DNA of 64,000 nucleotides from Balanoglossus misakiensis (taxonomy: Eukaryota; Animalia; Hemichordata): contig CM082583.2 in assembly GCA_040954595.2 (NCBI GenBank), forward strand, positions 1,498,925-1,562,924, in the 5' to 3' direction. The notes below the pieces were generated by a model. The model saw only the letters and a program-made list of their open reading frames with translations, was not told where the DNA came from and searched no databases. Of the stretch, positions 27,311 to 40,334 are shown in pieces. Position 1 is the first letter of the stretch. The number at the start of each line of letters is the position of its first letter. The position numbers were made by a program, and so were the translations under genes.

Positions 27311-28409
27311 TTAAGGCCTAATGCTAGTGTCACAACATTGATTACCAGACCGTTTCCCTCTGTATGTATATATGTATCTATGTATGTATGTATGTATGCA
27401 GCCATGTATGCATGTGTTTGTGTGTGTGTGTACATGTGTGTATGCATGTTACATGTATATATGGATGTATGTCTGCCCTGATCCAAAACATGAAACCACG
27501 CTTTTTTTATTTTGGTGTGTAGATGGGATTTTGCTTAAATGAAGTTGTCATTGCAAAAATACGCAAATAACCTGTGAAATATGTGGAATTGATCAAAACT
27601 CAACAACTGGTTAGACTGCTTTGAACATTTGTATGCATGTAGGTAATGTCATCATACCTGATATACTTTGAGTTTATATCATGAATTGTCTATTTATTAT
27701 GCAATTATTTTGTCTTGTTTTACCATTTGAAAAAAAATCTTTTCCTCTTAAAGAGATTGGCTGATTTCTTTAGAATTTAGTATGACACTTCCGGTAGGTG
27801 ATCTTAGTTGGTTTTGTTTAAATTGTCGCAGAATTTGTAATCTGTCATTTTTGGTCAAAATTCATTTTCTGAGAAACTCCTTAGATTGCTTTTAAATTTT
27901 GGTATGCTTGTTCCAAGAGGTAACCCAAGTAATGTTGTATATAATTTTGGTGAAATTTACATATTGTGGTCTTGGGGCAATTTTTGCAATTTGTATTCTT
28001 TGAAACTACTAGTCAGATTGCTTTCAACTTTGGTAGGCGTGGTGATTGAAGTAGATATTATACAATTTGTTGATAGTTGGATAGATGTGGTTTGAGGCAG
28101 TTTTTGTCATTGTTGAATGTTGTTTTCCCTAAAATACTTGTCTGGTTCCTTTGAAATGTTCTTACAGTAGGTCATATCTGCTTGCCAATGTCACATGATT
28201 TTTCCCATGAACACAGACATACCTAATTTTGTGTAATCCCCAGATGGGACCACAGTGTGTAATAACCTGACCAACAGTGACTAGTATATCCTGTGTGTTA
28301 TACAGTACTTCTCACAAGGTTGAAGTACATGTAGACTGTTGATGATTTTTTGCGATTCTTCAGAAACTTACAATACAGAGTCTAATGTGGTAACGTCCAT
28401 GGTCACATT

Positions 28410-29782
28410 AGTCCTGTTTCAAAATGACCTACATTACACGTCCTATACACATGTTTTGCATGTTATGATTGGTTTATCCGCTTCTCTTAGGTCCACTTGC
28501 GGCACGCTGATTGGAGGGACCTTGTAGGTTAGGTCTTATTATTATGTATTATTCACTAGACCTTGTAGGTTAGGTCTTATTACTATGCATTTTTCGCTTT
28601 ACAGCTCCCTGATTGGTTAACGTGTCAGTCTGGTCCCCCATGTGTTCACTGCCTCATAATACAGGACCTTGTAGGTTAGGTCATATTAATATGTATTTAT
28701 TCACCATACAGCTCCCTGATTGGTTAACGTGTCAGTCTGGTCTCCCAGTGTTCACTGCCTCATTGTGAAATGTCCCATGTGCTTCCTGGCTAGCGTTGTG
28801 GTAACACATTATTCGGGATGTCCGCAGATCATTCATTAATTTTCTGAGAAATAGCCTGACTGATACTATCTCCATCATAAACCGCACCCTGGAAAGATTA
28901 AATGATTTTTAGATGGACTTTGAAAATCTGATTAACACATCTAAGCATTTTTGCTAACAGTTGTATATTTTCTTAAATCACCCTCCTACTTCTCATCATC
29001 AATATTATTATTGTTGTTTTACTATTTTAAAGTAAATTTGTTTTGACGTAGATGTTGTGAAAAGGAGTACGTTGTCCGTTTATACATTCGTATATTGTTT
29101 TCATAAAAATGGAACTATGACGGTGCAGCTTCGTGAAAGAAGTACAATAAAAGTAATCATACCTGTAAAGCAACTAATGAAATGCAATGCTATTCTAAAC
29201 AGTTCTATTGTAAGATATTTTTGGTTTGCTCGAATGAATAGCACACACTTCGTATTCAGCCAGGTGTTACACGAAGTGATGCGCTGAAAAGCATTACGTA
29301 ACAAAACACTAGCCCATTTCAACAAACCGCCACTGGAAATAAAATAAAAAAAATTCTCCTGGCAATTTTTATTTCGAGTATCTAGTTCACAGTATCACAA
29401 AAAAATGCCATGAATAGTGAAGGAAAGGTTAAATCCAATCATTATATGAGTGCCTTTCTTTATACACTGGGATCGAGCTTCGACAACGCGCAGGCAGCAT
29501 GCCAGACAGAATACGACAACTGTATTCAGAAAGTACAAAAGACTTTGCATAACGAGGCAGTGAAAATTGGAGACCTACACATTAACCAATCAGGGAGCTG
29601 TAAAGTGAATAATACATAGTAATAAGACCTAACCTACAAGGTCTAGTGAATAATACATAATAATAAGACCTAACACATAAGGTCCCTCCAATCACCGTGC
29701 CTCAAGTGGACCTAAGATTACCAGATGGACCAATCACAGATGTCGGTACATATGTCATGGACCTGACTTATGAAACATGACT
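28410..29782. mobile_element. Non-autonomous TIR element with AG...CT ends, 3-bp ATT TSD and long subrepeated TIRs
   Basis: att|agtcctgtttca ... tgaaacatgact|att; inverted blocks ~28465-28620 vs ~29582-29738; the empty site in the left arm (13300-13315) has one att. Confidence 0.8.
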
Positions 29783-32149
29783 ATTCAGAACTACCTAGTC
29801 TATGCCCGGCAGTGTTCTGTCCGCTTTGCTTCCAAAACTAATGTCTGGCCTCACTCATGCCACTTGCCCAATAAACTAATACCCCTTGCTGGGAATTATG
29901 ATGTAACTAGCGTCGCTTTGAAGCCTATCACATTACTGAACAGTGTTGATTTGGTGTAAGATTATAGTGAAGGCAGGGCTTATTACATTGAAAATGCTAC
30001 CCAACCTTAATTACACGTATGTATATCCTTTGTCTAATCATTGGAAAAACAATGTACATGTACCAAAGACTAAGTAGCTATTTGAAGGTGAATCGCAAGT
30101 GGGCACTTTCATTACTTAACCTCAAGCAGTCGGTTAGCTACCGTATACTAAGACAAACATTCCTGGTGTAATTAACATCACTGTCATTAGTAATATCTAT
30201 CTCCAATCAGTATCAGTTCTGCCTTTATGTTATTTTAAGTCAATTGTCAAGGTTCATGTACATATATTACAGCTTAACTGTCTTGTCAAAAACTTACGCA
30301 TGTACATGTACCTAATTCTAGGCTTACCTGTAGGGTTAGAGATACAGTGTTTTATATTAATATGCATTAATATGAAACTAAAATTTGATGGTTAATTTAA
30401 GACCCCCCTGAGCAATGGTAACCTCGTTAAATATGTGCATATCTAATTCTAGGCTATTCAGCTGAAGTAGAAACCTGGACATGGACAACTTCGGGGTCAA
30501 AATCTTTTGACAAACATTTGTGTGATCTTGGGTAAACTTTGACCTACATTCCTATATTTTAGCATCCGGAGCAGATACAACCTTGACACTTGGAGTGATG
30601 GAACTATTTGATTGAGTATTATGTCTTGCCTCATTAATTATGTACTTACCTAATGCCAGCCTAACCAATAGGGCTGGAAGTCTGGCTTTTTGGACATGAT
30701 AAATTTGAGATCAACATTTTTCTACAGCAGCCAGCCTTCTCTTAAAAAGAATGGACAATATAAAGGCTTTGATGGTATACTGAACTTTTGACTCCCTCCC
30801 TGAGACTGTGTGCCAATGACGGGATAGCCTACTCAGCGTTGGGTAGATCCTAAGAAGGCCTCAGCCAGGCATCAAATACAAAAAGCGGAAATCCAAGCTT
30901 TAATGGTGGGTTACATCGTTAACTTCCCTGCAGAGCTGATTTCTCAGACTGTGAGCCAATGACGGGTAAAGCCCCTAGGTAGGGGCCACCTAAGACAGGC
31001 CGGTCATGCTTTAATCACAAAGAAGGGCAAGTTTAGTCTTACCACAACTTTGTCTGCTGTATATGCTTCATAAAGATTGCAGAGTATTTTGAGAATACAT
31101 TGTGTTAAGGCAGTGTGACCAGCTAAAAAGTACTGGCAAACACAGCCAATGTGTAATGAAAAACATCTAATTTGGCTGAATAAAAGACATAAAACACAGC
31201 AAAAGCACTGTGACTAGCTGAGACATAATACTCCATTATGCAGTTCCATCACTCCAAGTGTCAAGGATGTATCTGTGCCGGATGCCAAGATATAGGAATG
31301 TAGGTCAAAGTTTACCCAAGATCACCCAACATTTTGTCAAAAGATTTTGACCCCAAAGTTGTCCATGTCCAGGTTTCTACCGCAAATGGATAGCCTAGAA
31401 TTAGATATGTACATATTTAATGAGGTTACCATGGATCAAGGCAGTCCTAAGTAAACCATCAAATTTTTAGTTTCATGTTAATTCATGTTAATATAAAACG
31501 CTGTATCTCTAACCCACTGGTATGCCATTCTGTGTTTCATGCTACCCAATATGGGTAAGTAGGTAAAAAGTCACCCTAGGCCATTTGAAATTTTGCTGAA
31601 AAAATCTTGTCTCTTACATATGTACATTTGGTAAAAGGGAAATTTTAATCAGGGAGTAGAACATATTCATAAAAAATATTTGAGGGAAAGAAGGAAGTTT
31701 TTCATAGCTTTGGTGCGTCAAATAGTAGAGAGGTTCCCTTGTTATCCTTAGACTCAAACTCAGAGTTTCCAATCTTTCAGTATTTTCATGATATTACTTT
31801 CCATCTTAGATTTGTTCATCTAAACAAACTGACTGATAGGTATACATGAACATTTTATTGACTAATGAATGTGCCTGTATGTTGCAATTTAAAGAAGTCA
31901 GATATTAAACGAGCGCCACACCTGTTTTAATCAGCCTCCATATGGAGGGTACACATCGCAGAGAGATGACAAACCCCATGCAAATTCAAGTAATATGGCT
32001 CAATGGTGCTGATTTTAAAGGATAGGTGGATGATTTGAAAAATGTTATTGTGGAAAAAGATGTGTAAAATTTGGCAGCTTGTGAGGCTTTAATTGTAAAA
32101 TCTTTGAAATGTGTTTTACTCTTTAGGTCCAATTTTGTATATGTCATTA

Positions 32150-32463
32150 TATTATACCAGTTTATTGATGGTGTAAATCACGCTATTTGATTGGTCGAGA
32201 CACGACACGTGACCGTGATATATTAGCCATATACCACAGTCATATATCATAGTTAAAGAAAATGCCTTTTTAAAATGTTTTATGCAAAGTTTCAATATAC
32301 TGGCATAATATAATAGCAATAAAACACCCCCAGCCATGGTATACCACTCGATTTTGACCAGTTCAACTCCATATACGCACTCGCTATCGCTCGTGCGTAT
32401 ATGTCGTGAACTGGTCAAAATCTCGTGATATACCATGGCTGGGGGTGTTTTATTGCTTAAATA
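32150..32463. mobile_element. Hairpin-ended insertion without obvious TSD (Crypton-type non-autonomous element by resemblance only)
   Basis: Palindrome agcaataaaacacccccagccatggtata...tataccatggctgggggtgttttattgct (32314-32457) centred on cactcgctatcgctcgtg; absent from the left arm at ~10910. Confidence 0.55.
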
Positions 32464-34307
32464 TACCATTGGGACCAATGTGAAATTGTTCTAAACTCAG
32501 AAACTCAAGAAGGTACTGGTCAGATTGCTTTAGAAATTTGTGTGTATTTATGTTATTGAGACTTTATACAGATTTTATTTTTCATTTTTGAAGTATATTT
32601 TTGGGGTGATTTTGGTCGTCATATACTCAAAAACCTCTACCCACATTTTTTTTAAAATTTTGTTTGCATGTTCTTAGGTGTGATTTTATGACAATTTAAC
32701 AAACCCAGTGATGGAAGTGACAATATTTTTTTTTTTTTTTGGCAATTTCTGCCATTTTTGTCTGATTGCTTCGCAATTTAGTTTGCAGTTTCTAGGGAAT
32801 TCTTACTGTGGTGCACAAAATTCACAAAGGTGATTTACTATCCTCATGCGCTTTGTTGAACTGGCACCCTGTTGCAAAACAGACATTACAACACTCTTTG
32901 AATTGAATTCATAGCTACCAATTTTTCGGGGGTGTAGCACCTTTTTTATGCCTAAAACTTTGATCGAGAACTTCAAATTAAATGCAACCCTCCAAATATT
33001 TGCAATATTTCAGGTAAAATGATTTAATTTTAAAGCATAAATTTTGATGTATTCATAATCATTAAGAGAAACACATTTTGAAAATAGAATATTAATCACA
33101 CTAGCAGTCATAATACTTTTGAATCATCACTAAAGAACATATAGAAAAATTAAACAGGTTTTAATAATTTATATTTGAACGCAAAGCGTAAATTCCCTTG
33201 TGCCATGGAATTGACAATCTGCAACTGGTGGGGTCCTTCTGCCAGTAAAAAGCATCAGATAAATTCTGCATGCTCATCACCGAGGCAATTTAGGTGTACT
33301 TTTGTACTTTGAGAACTGTCGGTTTTCGCAACTGAAACTCTGTCCACAGGACAGAGGAAAAACTAGAATGACAACAGCTATGTAAGCTAACAAAAGGAAC
33401 ACAGAGCATAGTTCTCCATACTCACATTTTAATGCAATAATTTTTGCTGAAACTGGGGCGTCCGTGGGCAGGCAAAGGCAGTTCTAACTCGACTTGCAAA
33501 TAAGGCCCATGTCTCTTGTTCGCTGAGATTGTCTGGTTCTAATAATAGCTGTAAAAACTTGATCATTGACCGAACTGTTGGTTCAATTTTGCAACATTTT
33601 ATGATTTCAAGCTGTGCAATATTTGCAACTCAGTTTCAACTTTGGTTGGAGGGATGATGATGAAGCCATTTCACTGACAAAATAGCGCTACTGACTGATG
33701 TCAATGTTTGTTTACAGTCAAATGCATTGCCATCATAAAAATACATGTGAGAAATTTCTTATGTGTATGATACACACTTTTGTGCATGACTGCAAACTCT
33801 GTTACAGTTGTGAAATTCTAAGGGTTGAATTCATTGGGTAGAATTCATGTTTTTTGGATTCTTAAACAACCAGTCACGAAAGCTAAGTGGTTACCTCAGA
33901 GAAACTGTGTTAAATTTGGTCATCAATTGCTTTAAATCACACAAGACATTCCCAGAGCTAAAGTTACTGCAGCAGTCAGTTTCAACTCAGCTTGCAAATT
34001 GGGATCATGTCTTGTGTTCATCGAGACTGTCTGTAGTCGAGTTGACAGTCCTATGGGGTCAATGATGAACCTACAAATGTTCTTTCCAATGAAATTGTTA
34101 TAAATCTAATATTCAGGATTTGCATTCATACCTTAAACAATATAACTGTATTGCAAATATGGCAACTCTTCTAAGTTACATTGGAACACCTTCTCGCCAC
34201 TGTTTGTGCCAAAATGGTGAATAAGCTTTCATTTTCAAGCCTTAACATAGGCACCCAAAACAAGACAACAGCATTGCAAATATGGCATTTTTTGTTCAAC
34301 TCTTCTC

Positions 34308-34960
34308 ATTTGCATAGTCCAAAATGGCCGCCAAACTCCTCTAACATGTAAATTTCCTATGGTCGTCTTAAATAGTGTGTAGTATCGCATTTGAAGGGTT
34401 TTCATCAATATGGGTACCTAAAACAATTTCAACGTGGTTGACATTGCAATGTTAGACAGCTGTTCTAATTTGCATAATCTAGAATGGCCGACAAACTTCT
34501 CTAACATGTAAATTTACTATGGTTGTCTTTAATAGTGTGTAATATCGCATTTGCAGGGTTTTCATCAATATGGGTACCTAAAACAATTTCAACGTCGTTG
34601 ACATGGCAATATTAGACAGCTGTTCTAATTTGCATAATCCAAAATGGCCACCAAACTCTTCTTAAATGTAAATTTCCCTGTTTTGTCTTATATGGTGCCT
34701 AAAATCGCATTTGCAGGGTTTTCATCAATATGGGTAACTAAAACAATTTCAGCGTGGTTGACATGGCAATATTAGACAACTGTTCTAATTTGCATAATCC
34801 AAAATGGCCGACAAACTTCTCTAACATGTAAATTTCCCTGGTTTGTCTTATATGGTGTGTAATATCGCATTTTCACGGTTTTAATTAATATGGGTACCTA
34901 AAACAATTTCAACGTGGTTGACATGGCAATATTAGACAACTGTTCTAATTTGCATAATTC
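34308..34960. repeat. 160-bp tandem repeat, ~4 copies (~1.5 inverted copies at 5755-5985; repeated again at 36621-37145)
   Basis: ttgcata at 34310, 34470, 34630, 34790, 34950. Confidence 0.9.
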
Positions 34961-35537
34961 GAACACCTGCTGGATAATTTAATTTTTGCCCTTCTTGTCC
35001 CATGATTATATGTGTAATATCTCATTTTCAATGTGTTTACATGTATATATGCAGAATCCAATCTTATTTCTTAATCCGCACCACAGAACTGATGCAAGGT
35101 TTAGGACTGGAAATGTATGTGGCCATTGGCCGACACCCCGGGCGAGAGGTCTCCAATTATTTTCAGCACGTAGTGTGCTTCCCGGTTGATAACATCAATA
35201 TGTGTAAATGCCAAAAACCCGACCTATTGTAATACCAGTCAAATTTTCTTTGTCATTTACCATTTTTCTCTTGCATATGAACGTTTTTCTTAAAGAGTAC
35301 ATACCCATATACATTTGTATGGGAGCACACATCCCCACCCCGTGCCAACGATAATTGGACAACTTTATTCTTCTTATACTTCTTTTTAGTCTAAACATTC
35401 ATATAGAGAAGGCAACATGTTCTTGAAGCTGCTGACTATGGAAATATGATGAAGTACATTTTCCTAGTTGTACATGTACAGTATGATAGGCCCAATGTAC
35501 CAATTGGAGATGTGTGCCTTACAGGCAACATACATGT

Positions 35538-36620
35538 AGCTCAGCATGGCCTGGTTAATCAATGTTGACGCAAAGGTTGACCCCACCAAACACTCAAAAT
35601 TAATGGGCACGACACTGGCCACTAGCTCTGCATGGCCTGGTTAATCAATGTTGACGCAAAGGTTGACCCCACCAAACACTCAAAATTGATGGGCACGACA
35701 CTGGCCACTAGCTCTGCATGGCCTGGTTAATCAATGTTGACGCAAAGGTTGACCCCACCAAACACTCAAAATTGATGGGCACGACACTGGTCACTAGCTC
35801 TGCATGGCCTGGTTAATCAATGTTGACGCAAAGGTTGACCCCACCAAACACTCAAAATAGATGGGCACGACAATGGCCACTAGCTCTGCATGGCCTGGTT
35901 AATCAATGTTGATGCAAAGGTTGACCCCACCAAACACTCAAAATTGATGGGCACGACACTGGCCACTAGCTCTGCATGGCCTGGTTAATCAATGTTGACG
36001 CAAAGGTTGACCCCACCAAACACTCAAAATTGATGGGCACGACACTGGCCACTACAATGTAGCTCTGCATGGCCTGGTTAATCAATGTTGACGCAAAGGT
36101 TGACCCCACCAAACACTCAAAATTGATGGGCACGACACTGGCCACTAGCTCTGCATGGCCTGGTTAATCAATGTTGACGCAAAGGTTGACCCCACCAAAC
36201 ACTCAAAATTGATGGGCACGACACTGGCCACTAGCTCTGCATGGCCTGGTTAATCAATGTTGACGCAAAGGTTGACCCCACCAAACACTCAAAATTGATG
36301 GGCACGACACTGGCCACTAGCTCTGCATGGCCTGGTTAATCAATGTTGACGCAAAGGTTGACCCCACCAAACACTCAAAATTGATGGGCACGACACTGGC
36401 CACTAGCTCTGCATGGCCTGGTTAATCAAGGTTGACGCAAAGGTTGACCCCACCAAACACTCAAAATTGATGGGCACGACACTGGCCACTAGCTCTGCAT
36501 GGCCTGGCTAATCAAGGTTGACGCAAAGGTTGACCCCACCAAACACTCAAAATTGATGGGCACGCCACTGGCCCCTAGCTCTGCATGGCCTGGCTAATCA
36601 AGGTTGACGCAAAGGTTGAC
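35538..36620. repeat. 86-bp satellite array 1 (~12.5 copies)
   Basis: Unit gctctgcatggcctggttaatcaatgttgacgcaaaggttgaccccaccaaacactcaaaattgatgggcacgacactggccacta, nearly identical copies. Confidence 0.97.
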
Positions 36621-37754
36621 GTGGTTGACATTGCAATGTTAGACAGCTGTTCTAATTTGCATAATCTAGAATGGCCGACAAACTTCTCTAACATGTAAAT
36701 TTACTATGGTTGTCTTTAATAGTGTGTAATATCGCATTTGCAGGGTTTTCATCAATATGGGTACCTAAAACAATTTCAACGTCGTTGACATGGCAATATT
36801 AGACAGCTGTTCTAATTTGCATAATCCAAAATGGCCACCAAACTCTTCTTAAATGTAAATTTCCCTGTTTTGTCTTATATGGTGCCTAAAATCGCATTTG
36901 CAGGGTTTTCATCAATATGGGTAACTAAAACAATTTCAGCGTGGTTGACATGGCAATATTAGACAACTGTTCTAATTTGCATAATCCAAAATGGCCGACA
37001 AACTTCTCTAACATGTAAATTTCCCTGGTTTGTCTTATATGGTGTGTAATATCGCATTTTCACGGTTTTAATTAATATGGGTACCTAAAACAATTTCAAC
37101 GTGGTTGACATGGCAATATTAGACAACTGTTCTAATTTGCATAATTCGAACACCTGCTGGATAATTTAATTTTTGCCCTTCTTGTCCCATGATTATATGT
37201 GTAATATCTCATTTTCAATGTGTTTACATGTATATATGCAGAATCCATTTCAAACTAAGTGGGCATATTGTAGCGCCAATCTTATTTCTTAATCCGCACC
37301 ACAGAACTGATGCAAGGTTTAGGACTGGAAATGTATGTGGCCACTGGCCGACACCCCGGGCGAGAGGTCTCCAATTATTTTCAGCACGTAGTGTGCTTCC
37401 CGGTTGATAACATCAATATGTGTAAATGCCAAAAACCCGACCTATTGTAATACCAGTCAAATTTTCTTTGTCATTTACCATTTTCTCTTGCATATGAACG
37501 TTTTTCTTAAAGAGTACATACCCATATACATTTGTATGGGAGCACACATCCCCACCCCCTGCCAACAATAATTGGACAACTTTATTCTTCTTATACTTCT
37601 TTTTAGTCTAAACATTCATATAGAGAAGGCAACATGTTCTTGAAGCTGCTGACTATGGAAATATGATGAAGTACATTTTCCTAGTTGTACATGTACAGTA
37701 TGATAGGCCCAATGTACCAATTGGAGATGTGTGCCTTACAGGCAACATACATGT
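36621..37754 (+). repeat. Direct duplicate of 34434-35537
   Basis: Near-identical sequence; this copy retains ~30 bp (~37248-37277) missing from the first copy. Confidence 0.92.
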
Positions 37755-39282
37755 AGCTCTGCATGGCCTGGTTAATCAATGTTGACGCAAAGGTTGACCC
37801 CACCAAACACTCAAAATTGATGGGCACGACACTGGCCACTAGCTCTGCATGGCCTGGTTAATCAATGTTGACGCAAAGGTTGACCCCACCAAACACTCAA
37901 AATTGATGGGCACGACACTGGCCACTAGCTCTGCATGGCCTGGTTAATCAAGGTTGACGCAAAGGTTGACCCCACCAAACACTCAAAATTGATGGGCACG
38001 ACACTGGCCACTAGCTCTGCATGGCCTGGTTAATCAAGGTTGACGCAAAGGTTGACCCCACCAAACACTCAAAATTGATGGGCACGACACTGGCCACTAG
38101 CTCTGCATGGCCTGGCTAATCAAGGTTGACGCAAAGGTTGACACCACCAAACACTCAAAATTGATGGGCACGACACTGGCCACTAAGCTCTGGCCTGGCT
38201 AATCAAGGTTGACGCAAGGGTTGACCCCACCAAACACTCATAATTGATGGGCACGACACTGGCCACTAGCTCTGGCCTGGCTAATCAAGGTTGACGCAAG
38301 GGTTGACCCCACCAAACACTCAAAATTGATGGGCACGACACTGGCCACTAGCTCTGGCCTGGCTAATCAATGTTGACGCAAGGGTTGACCCCACCAAACA
38401 CTCAAAATTGATGGGCACGACACTGGCCACTAGCTCTGGCCTGGCTAATCCAGGTTGACGCAAGGGTTGACCCCACCAAACACTCAAAATTAATGGGCGC
38501 GACACTGGCCACTAAGCTCTGGCCTGGCTAATCAAGGTTGACACAAGGGTTGACCCCACCAAACACTCAAAATTGATGGGCACGACACTGGCCACTAAGC
38601 TCTGGCCTGGTTAATCAATGTTGACGCAAAGGTTGACCCCACCAAACACTCAAAATTAATGGGAACGACACTGGCCACTAGCTCTGCATGGCCTGGTTTA
38701 TCAATGTTGACGCAAAGGTTGACCCCACCAAACACTCAAAATTAATGGGCACGACACTGGCCACTAGCTCTGCATGGCCTGGTTAATCAATGTTGACGCA
38801 AAGGTTGACCCCACCAAACACTCAAAATTAATGGGCACGACACTGGCCACTAGCTCTGCATGGCCTGGTTAATCAATGTTGACGCAAAGGTTGACCCCAC
38901 CAAACACTCAAAATTAATGGGCACGACACTGGCCACTAGCTCTGCATGGCATGGTTAATCAATGTTGACGCAAAGGTTGACCCCACCAAACACTCAAAAT
39001 TAATGGGCACGACACTGGCCACTAGCTCTGCATGGCCTGGTTAATCAATGTTGACGCAAAGGTTGACCCCACCAAACACTCAAAATTAATGGGCACGACA
39101 CTGGCCACTAGCTCTGCATGGCCTGGTTAATCAATGTTGACGCAAAGGTTGACCCCACCAAACACTCAAAATTAATGGGCACGACACTGGCCACTAGCTC
39201 TGCATGGCCTGGTTAATCAATGTTGACGCAAAGGTTGACCCCACCAAACACTCAAAATTAATGGGCACGACACTGGCCACTA
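37755..39282. repeat. 86-bp satellite array 2 (~18 copies, including 81-82-bp variants at ~38185-38610)
   Basis: Same unit as array 1; variants lack 5 bp (gcatg) and cluster together. Confidence 0.97.
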
Positions 39283-39284
39283 CA

Positions 39285-39583
39285 TGTATTTGTGATATTT
39301 TACATGGTTAACCACGCCTTGAGAAAGGTAATTATAAGAGAACTTTGTTTCCAAAGTTAGGGGAGAATAATCTAACGGGAGATGGGAGTACCTCAGGCTA
39401 CTGAGCTCGTTCCCTTCCTCATGTACTTTACTGGGCGTATTTGATGTACTATAATAATTCCGGACAATAAATGAACGTAAATCAGATACGTTTCTCCGTG
39501 GATCACGGTTCTCGTCAGAGCCCGTTACCTCATCGCTACAGATTCCCTGATGCATGAACAATCATGAGAAACCAGCGGTAATA
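39285..39583 (+). mobile_element. 5'-truncated diverged LTR of the family at 48902-51894
   Basis: Aligns with 49124-49426 (tgtatttgtgatattttacat...gaaaccagc(g/c)gtaata) with scattered substitutions. Confidence 0.85.
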
Positions 39584-39587
39584 CAAG

Positions 39588-40127
39588 TGTCACGATTGAG
39601 TTTTAACGGTCATAGATCTTGTTTATGATTACGTAAGAAGTCATTCACTTATATGGTTTTAGTCCAGTATTGACATTGGTACTTGACCCAGAGTAAACAA
39701 GATTGTGTAATTGATACATGTCAGAACGAGATAGAGATATCACGCGCTAAGTTCATGTTTAAGAAATATCAAGATGACGTGTTCCTTTTATGACTTAATA
39801 CTTGACTAACGTATTAATAAGGTGTGGTGAAATTTGAGATCACACATTTATCACCGGAGATCCGTGATGGGAGTCAACGAGCATGGATCGAGTCGTGTAA
39901 TTCTTACGTGTGACCAGTAATAAACCAGAACTTTGTGTTACTCGGAAAACTTCTTGCAAGTCTCTGTCTACGAAAGGTTTACGATCTGCCGGGTACCTCT
40001 CTCGGACTTTATGAATATGTTGGGTGGAGAAGGAGATGGAGAGAATGTACGCCGTCAGCTTTCGGACGTGGCTGATTCCCCACAGAAGCCGATGAGGTAA
40101 ACGTCCGGAGGACGACCGGCCGTAACA
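39588..40127 (+). mobile_element. Probable solo LTR (540 bp)
   Basis: TGTCACG...CGTAACA ends, internal AATAAA (~39919), flanks acaag/acaaa (imperfect TSD). Confidence 0.55.
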
Positions 40128-40158
40128 ACAAACTGCATGAATTAAAGTTCAACAATCC

Positions 40159-40310
40159 TTAGAAGACAGGAACGTCAGAGGTTGAATCTTGATGGGAAAA
40201 GGCGAGGTATCGCTGGTTATCATTGGCGTACTGATGAAATTGTAGGATGTGGGGACGAATCGGTTTACTATAAAGTGGGGCTATATAAATGGTGAACAAC
40301 AGAGGGGCAG
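40159..40310 (-). pseudogene. LINE (CR1/L2-like) reverse transcriptase fragment
   Basis: PLLFTIYIAPL...IRPHILQFHQYANDNQRYLAF matches the GPLLF.IY..PL...H.YADDTQLY motif with a decayed YADD. Confidence 0.75.
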
Positions 40311-40334
40311 TGGCACCCCGTATACGAGAGGTGA

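Larger units (their letters stand above)
25224..35530. repeat. Right arm of giant inverted duplication
   Basis: Reverse complement of 5080-18889 with different TE insertions; also contains its own inverted pair ~25930-26830 vs ~33000-33900. Confidence 0.9.

Noticed and set aside
30799-31005. Tandem SECIS elements (ATGA...GA)
   Set aside because: Helix after the ATGA is too short or irregular, the AA loop is misplaced or absent, and no selenoprotein ORF lies upstream.
35538-39282. CRISPR array
   Set aside because: Units are full-length near-identical 86-mers with no unique spacers; no cas genes; eukaryotic context.
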